Shown here: positions 60,140-64,000 of the stretch, piece after piece
Layout of the letters: each line of letters starts with the position of its first letter
Numbering within the stretch: position 1 is the first letter of the stretch
Source of the DNA: Phycisphaerales bacterium
Lineage (GTDB): Bacteria; Planctomycetota; UBA1135; UBA2386
Direction: 5' to 3'
Assembly (NCBI GenBank): GCA_020247305.1
Contig: JADCJE010000032.1
Coordinates: 88,108 to 152,107 of the forward strand
Length of the DNA stretch: 64,000 nt
Program-made: the position numbers and the translations under genes
The notes under the pieces: generated by a model
What the model was told of the DNA's origin: nothing
What the model saw: the letters and a program-made list of their open reading frames with translations, nothing else
Databases searched by the model: none

Positions 60140-61081
60140 ATGCGGACCGTGCTGGCAGGCGACCTTGGCGGCACCAAGTGCCGCTTCGCCCTGGTCAGCG
60201 AGGACTTCGGCGTGCACGCGGTACAGAAGGTGCTGACCGTTCGCGATCGCGGCGCCTTCCTGGCCAGCCTGGATGCGGCGCTGTCGGCGATCCTGGCGAG
60301 CATCCCGGCGGGCATGGAACCGCCGCTGGCCTGCGGCTTCGGCACGGCGGGCGTGATCCCGGCCGACGGCCGCTCGATCGACCGGGCGCCCAACCTGCCG
60401 CTCGACGGCTTCCCGCTCGCGGCGCACGTCGAGCAGCGCTTCCGCGTGCCGACGACGCTGCTCAACGACGGCCGGGCGAGCGCGTGGGGGGAGTTCCTGC
60501 GCGGCCATGCCGCCGGCCTCGACCCCCTGTTGTGCCTGTTCTTCGGCACCGGGATCGGCATCGGCCTGATCGTTGGCGGTCGCCCCTACGCCGGCGGCAG
60601 CAACGCGGCCGGTGAGATCGGCCACACGACCTTCGTGCCCGGCGGCCGGCTCTGTCCGTGCGGCGGCCGCGGCCACTTCGAAGCCTACTGCGGTGGTCGC
60701 GCGATCACCGAACAGGCGGCGGAGCGGCTCGGCCCGCTGCCCGGCGGCGAGCGCTGGACCGTCGGCGCGCTGGTCCGCGCCGCCGGCGGCAGCGACGCCG
60801 GCGCGACCGCGGCGCGCGCGATCCTCGCCGAGGCGGAGACGGCCGCGTGCGCCCTGGTCGAGAACGCGTGCACGCTGCTCAATCCGCGCGCCGTCGTGCT
60901 CGGCGGCGGCGTGCTCGACGGCTGGCCCCAGCTCGCGGCGCGCATCACGGCGCACGTGCAGGCGTCGACGTCGACGCTGATCCACGACGGGCTGCGGTTC
61001 GCGCCGACGCTCGGCGGCAGCGATGCGATCCTGTGGGGCGCTGCGGCCGCCACCGGCCGCCTGTTCGCCGCGCACCGCTGA
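60140..61081 (+). CDS. ROK-family sugar kinase (glucokinase-like)
   Basis: GDLGGTKCRF N-terminus. ROK zinc motif CPCGGRGHFEAYCGG. Confidence 0.85.
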   Translation: MRTVLAGDLGGTKCRFALVSEDFGVHAVQKVLTVRDRGAFLASLDAALSAILASIPAGMEPPLACGFGTAGVIPADGRSIDRAPNLPLDGFPLAAHVEQRFRVPTTLLNDGRASAWGEFLRGHAAGLDPLLCLFFGTGIGIGLIVGGRPYAGGSNAAGEIGHTTFVPGGRLCPCGGRGHFEAYCGGRAITEQAAERLGPLPGGERWTVGALVRAAGGSDAGATAARAILAEAETAACALVENACTLLNPRAVVLGGGVLDGWPQLAARITAHVQASTSTLIHDGLRFAPTLGGSDAILWGAAAATGRLFAAHR

Positions 61082-61179
61082 CCGCGCCACCGCCGCGACC
61101 GCAGAACTGGCGGCGCAGCAGCGTGTCGGAAATGCACGGCCGGGCCGTATGCTGCGCCGACACCTTGGAGGGGTGCTGG

Positions 61180-62286
61180 ATGGACGTTTGCGTACTTGCC
61201 GGCGGGCGGTCGCCGGAACACGACATATCGCTGTCGTCGGCGCGGCAGGTGCTGAAGCACCTCGACCGTGCGACGTACCGCGTTTGGCCGGTCTTCCTCG
61301 CGCGCGACGGCGCATGGTGGCCGGCGAAGGCTCCGCTTGCTGCCGACGAGGCATGGCGACCCGGCGACCCTTCGACCTCGCATGGGCCCCTGCGGCCCGG
61401 CGCGGCGCTGGCGTGGTTGCTCGACCACGCCCACATCGGCTGCGCGCTGCCCATACTGCACGGACCGTTCGGCGAGGATGGCACCGTGCAGGGCCTGCTG
61501 GAACTGCACGACGTGCCGTTCGTGGGTTCGGGCTGCGCGGCGTCGGCCGTGGCGATGGACAAGCTGCGCACGCGGCAGACGCTCGCCGACGCCGGCATCC
61601 CGATCGCGCGCGCCTACGTGCCGCGCACCCCGCTCGCGAAGGCCGACGCCGAGCTGGAGTTCGCCCGCATGCAGCAGGCGATCGGCGCGCCGGCGTTCGT
61701 CAAGGGCGACCTCAGCGGCAGCACGGTCGGCGTGCAGCGCATCGAGTCGGCGGCCGACCTTGCCGCGTTCTTCGCCGCGTTCCGGGGCACGTTCCGCCGC
61801 TGGTTCGCCGAGGAGGCGCTGGTCGGCGAGGAGATCACGGTGCCCGTGCTCGGCAACACCGGCGACGAACTGCGCCCGCTGCTGCCGGTCGGCATCTACC
61901 CGCGCACGGCTACGTGGTTCACGCACGAAGCCAAGTACAAGCCGGGCGCCACCGAGGAGACCGTGCCGCCGCGCGGCTGGGGCGAGCCGCGCATCCGCCA
62001 CGTGCAGGAACTTGCGATGCGCTGCCACGAGGCGCTCGTCTGCGACGGCATGTCGCGCACCGACATGATCGTCACCAAGGACGGTCCGTACGTGCTCGAG
62101 ACCAACACGATCCCCGGCATGACGACGACGAGCCTGCTGCCGCAGTCGGCGGCGAAGTGCGGACTGCCGTTCCCGAAGCTGCTCGACACGCTGATCCGCT
62201 ACGCGCTCACGCGCGCCGGCGTCGCACTGCCGCGACCGGCCGCGCCGGCCACGGCCACGCCGGGCGAGGCTGCGGCCGACGCCTGA
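61180..62286 (+). CDS. ddl: D-alanine--D-alanine ligase
   Basis: VCVLAGGRSPEHDISLSSA, HGPFGEDGTVQGLLE, ETNTIPGMTTTSL motifs. Confidence 0.9.
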   Translation: MDVCVLAGGRSPEHDISLSSARQVLKHLDRATYRVWPVFLARDGAWWPAKAPLAADEAWRPGDPSTSHGPLRPGAALAWLLDHAHIGCALPILHGPFGEDGTVQGLLELHDVPFVGSGCAASAVAMDKLRTRQTLADAGIPIARAYVPRTPLAKADAELEFARMQQAIGAPAFVKGDLSGSTVGVQRIESAADLAAFFAAFRGTFRRWFAEEALVGEEITVPVLGNTGDELRPLLPVGIYPRTATWFTHEAKYKPGATEETVPPRGWGEPRIRHVQELAMRCHEALVCDGMSRTDMIVTKDGPYVLETNTIPGMTTTSLLPQSAAKCGLPFPKLLDTLIRYALTRAGVALPRPAAPATATPGEAAADA

Positions 62287-62310
62287 GCGAGGCCGCCGTC
62301 GACGTCGAAA

Positions 62311-62365
62311 TGGTGCCGGAGGCGGGACTTGAACCCGCACGCCCGTGAGGGCGCAGGTTTTTGAA
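62311..62365 (-). pseudogene. 3' half of a tRNA-Leu(CAA) gene (anticodon loop to CCA) with no matching 5' half; probable att remnant
   Basis: The reverse complement reads TTCAAAA-ACCTG-CGCCCTCACGGGCGT-GCGGG-TTCAAGT-CCCGC-CTCCGGC-A-CCA. Upstream there is no CAGGT stem partner. Only 14 nt lie between a weak acceptor match (GTCGGAG) and the loop, too few for a D-arm. Confidence 0.55.
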
Positions 62366-62455
62366 GCGGCTAAGGCAGCCTCCGACCCCAATGCGAATCC
62401 GTAACAACCGCAGTCAGGGCGGGCGAGTGTGGGACGCTATCCGGCAAACCGGCGC

Positions 62456-62527
62456 GGGGTCGAATTCGCGAGTTCGGGCCAGTTTTGCGCAGGATTCGAC
62501 CCCAGATTGTACCCCAGATTCGACCCC
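62456..62527. repeat. Cluster of short repeats: GGGGTCGAAT (inverted) and GATTCGACCCC / AGATTGTACCCC / AGATTCGACCCC (direct)
   Basis: Read directly from the sequence. Lies in an AT-richer non-coding stretch next to the tRNA fragment. Confidence 0.7.
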
Positions 62528-62628
62528 GCGTTCGGCGAGGCGAAGCAGGCGCGCAAGCGGTTCGCGCGGCGACGCCGGCGAACCCCGCGCCGGCACGCCG
62601 GACGCGCTCGCGATCGTCGGCGCGCACC

Positions 62629-62916
62629 TCAGCGGCGCGGCGGGTCGAAGGTCGCCAACTGCTCGCGACGCAGCTCGAGCGATCGGAAGCCCGCACCGCA
62701 GTCGCGGCAGCGGTGGTAGCGGATGCGCAGCTTGCGGCCGTAGGTGAACGGCTTCGGCGCTGCGCAGCGCGGGCACCGCACAGGGCAGTACGGCACGACG
62801 GAGTGCTGCGCGTCCTCGTCGTGCTCGCCCACGTCGGCGAACTCTACCGATCCGGTGTGGCCTCCCGAAATCGCGGCTTCCCGAACGTGGCGACGGATGG
62901 TCCGGTGCCCGGGCAT
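62629..62916 (-). CDS. Small zinc-ribbon protein (CxxC-x19-CxxC), Ogr/Delta-like pattern
   Basis: CPRCAAPKPFTYGRKLRIRYHRCRDCGAGF. High GC3. Start uncertain. Confidence 0.45.
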   Translation of the reverse strand: MPGHRTIRRHVREAAISGGHTGSVEFADVGEHDEDAQHSVVPYCPVRCPRCAAPKPFTYGRKLRIRYHRCRDCGAGFRSLELRREQLATFDPPRR

Positions 62917-63436
62917 GAACAGCACACCATCGTCGACCACCTCGGCCGCCCAGCGGCCGCGCCTTCGCAGACTCCGAGCGACCGTCGAGGCGGCGGCCGA
63001 CCGCGAGTTCACGGCCCGAACCGCGCGCGCCTGGCGCGAGCTCGGCCGCCTGGACCTCAGCGACGCCGGCGAGCTCGACGCACTGCTCGCCGCGGCGGCC
63101 GACGTGGTCGACGGCCAGGCAGTCGTCGGCGTGCTGCTCGGCATGTGCCTGGCGCGCGGCGGCGACCCGACGGCCATCGCGCGCCGCCTGGTTGAACCCG
63201 GCATGCCGTCCGGCGTCGTCGCGCTACTCGGCGCGGCCGGCGTGGCGTCGGCGCTCGACGGCCTCCGGGACGACGACGCGCGCCGGCGCCAGGCTGCGGC
63301 CTTCGCGCTCGCGGCGTTGGTCGCGGACGGCGTCGACGTGCCGCCGATGCGCGTTCGCGCGGCGCTCGTCGCCGAACTCGACGACAACGTCCGCGACGCG
63401 CTGCGCGCCGTCCTGGAACTCGAGGGGCGGCCGTGA
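62915..63436 (+). CDS. Hypothetical helical-repeat protein
   Basis: High GC3. Stop overlaps the next gene's GTG (GTGA). No family motif. Confidence 0.45.
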   Translation: MNSTPSSTTSAAQRPRLRRLRATVEAAADREFTARTARAWRELGRLDLSDAGELDALLAAAADVVDGQAVVGVLLGMCLARGGDPTAIARRLVEPGMPSGVVALLGAAGVASALDGLRDDDARRRQAAAFALAALVADGVDVPPMRVRAALVAELDDNVRDALRAVLELEGRP

Positions 63437-63774
63437 AGGACCAGCTCGGCGAGCTCATCCCGCTGCGCGAAGTCGCCGCACGCCTGCACGTCGAACCGGC
63501 ACGCCTTCGCCGGCTGTCGCTGCGCGGCGACTTTCCGGCGCTGCTGCGCGTGACGCGCTCGCACTACCTCGTGCGCCGCGACGACCTCGAGGCCTGGCAG
63601 GCCGGCCGGTGGACGACGGAGTCGGCCGCGCGCGCGGCGCTCGTCGCCGAGGCTGTCCGCGGCGGCGTGGTCAACCGCAGGCGGCGGACGTCGGCGCCCA
63701 GAAAAATGCCCCCGGCCGCAAGCCCTACGACCGGGGGCCACACACCGCGGCCGCAGGCGCCGCGGTCCCAATGA
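63433..63774 (+). CDS. Excisionase-family / MerR-like helix-turn-helix DNA-binding protein
   Basis: LIPLREVAARLHVEPARLRRLSLRGDFPALLRVTRSHYLVRRDDLEAWQ fits the HTH_17/excisionase pattern. Confidence 0.55.
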   Translation: MKDQLGELIPLREVAARLHVEPARLRRLSLRGDFPALLRVTRSHYLVRRDDLEAWQAGRWTTESAARAALVAEAVRGGVVNRRRRTSAPRKMPPAASPTTGGHTPRPQAPRSQ

Positions 63775-63776
63775 GC

Positions 63777-63998
63777 TCAGAGACCCGGCGGCACGCCGGC
63801 CAAGTCGACGCGCAGGACGGCTGCGAGCCGGTCGCGCGCCGCGTCGTCGTTGCCGAACTGGCGGCGCGCGTCGGGGTCGGCGCCAAGGATTGCGGCGGCG
63901 TAGCGGCGCGCGGTGTCGGCGTCGTCGAGGCCGAGGGCCCGGACGGCGGCGCGGTTCGCCTTGGCGAGCGCGTCGAGGTTGGCGAGCGCGAGCTTCAC
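63777..63998 (-). CDS. Hypothetical protein; the 5' end may lie beyond the window
   Basis: ORF is open to the window edge with high GC3. No motif. Confidence 0.3.
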   Translation of the reverse strand: MKLALANLDALAKANRAAVRALGLDDADTARRYAAAILGADPDARRQFGNDDAARDRLAAVLRVDLAGVPPGL

Positions 63999-64000
63999 AG

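Larger units (their letters stand above)
62311..64000. mobile_element. Probable distal end of an integrated element inserted in tRNA-Leu(CAA), continuing past the window
   Basis: Orphan tRNA 3' half abutting the housekeeping gene ddl, an adjacent repeat cluster, and zinc-ribbon and excisionase-like genes. No integrase is visible in the window. Confidence 0.4.

Noticed and set aside
62366-62400. A possible 5' half for the tRNA-Leu(CAA) fragment, since GTCGGAG could pair with the 3' acceptor strand.
   Set aside because: Only 14 nt separate that heptamer from the anticodon loop. That leaves no room for a D-arm, and there is no 5' anticodon-stem strand (CAGGT). I therefore treat the acceptor-like match as coincidental or as residual element sequence.

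Overview
This is a very GC-rich bacterial chromosomal window. Third codon positions are almost all G/C, so both strands carry long spurious ORFs. My calls rest on recognisable family motifs, signal peptides and start/stop coupling. No searches were run.

Layout, left to right:
- **2-11270:** a translationally coupled T2SS-type pseudopilin operon. It holds a GspG-like protein, a LamG-type pseudopilin, a ~1726-aa GspK-like giant, and GspJ-like and GspI-like proteins. A periplasmic TPR/DnaJ-type zinc-finger protein and a parvulin lipoprotein follow.
- **11378-22190:** scpB, tRNA-Glu, an AMP-ligase/NUDIX pair, an NhaC antiporter, an APC permease, an RluA-family synthase and a small PEP-CTERM protein.
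- **22455-26051:** a 1198-aa single-pass membrane protein. It carries DUF4388, a tandem MshEN-type c-di-GMP motif, TPR, a TM helix, PEGA and a beta-propeller.
- **27578-30200:** a SufS/CsdA-like desulfurase, a ThiF/MoeB-like E1, a ferredoxin and tRNA-Leu(TAG).
- **30344-33064:** a repeat-bearing lipoprotein.
- **33068-36874:** a Wbp-like diacetamido-uronic-acid sugar operon that includes a fused epimerase-like/aminotransferase gene.
- **36882-46963:** a bPH-like membrane protein, gcvP, a PhyH dioxygenase, a 7-repeat propeller protein and a double-module FG-GAP/ASPIC protein.
- **47059-62286:** recA, alaS, two secreted proteins, rpmF-plsX-fabH-fabG-acpP-fabF, a ROK kinase and ddl.
- **Right edge, from 62311:** a 3' half of tRNA-Leu(CAA) with no matching 5' half. 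Next to it are short direct/inverted repeats, a zinc-ribbon gene and an excisionase-type HTH gene. I read this as the distal att end of an integrated element running off the window.

The most interesting candidates are the pseudopilin operon with its giant GspK-like member and a motif shared between two of its proteins, the putative transmembrane c-di-GMP receptor, and the tRNA-fragment island border.
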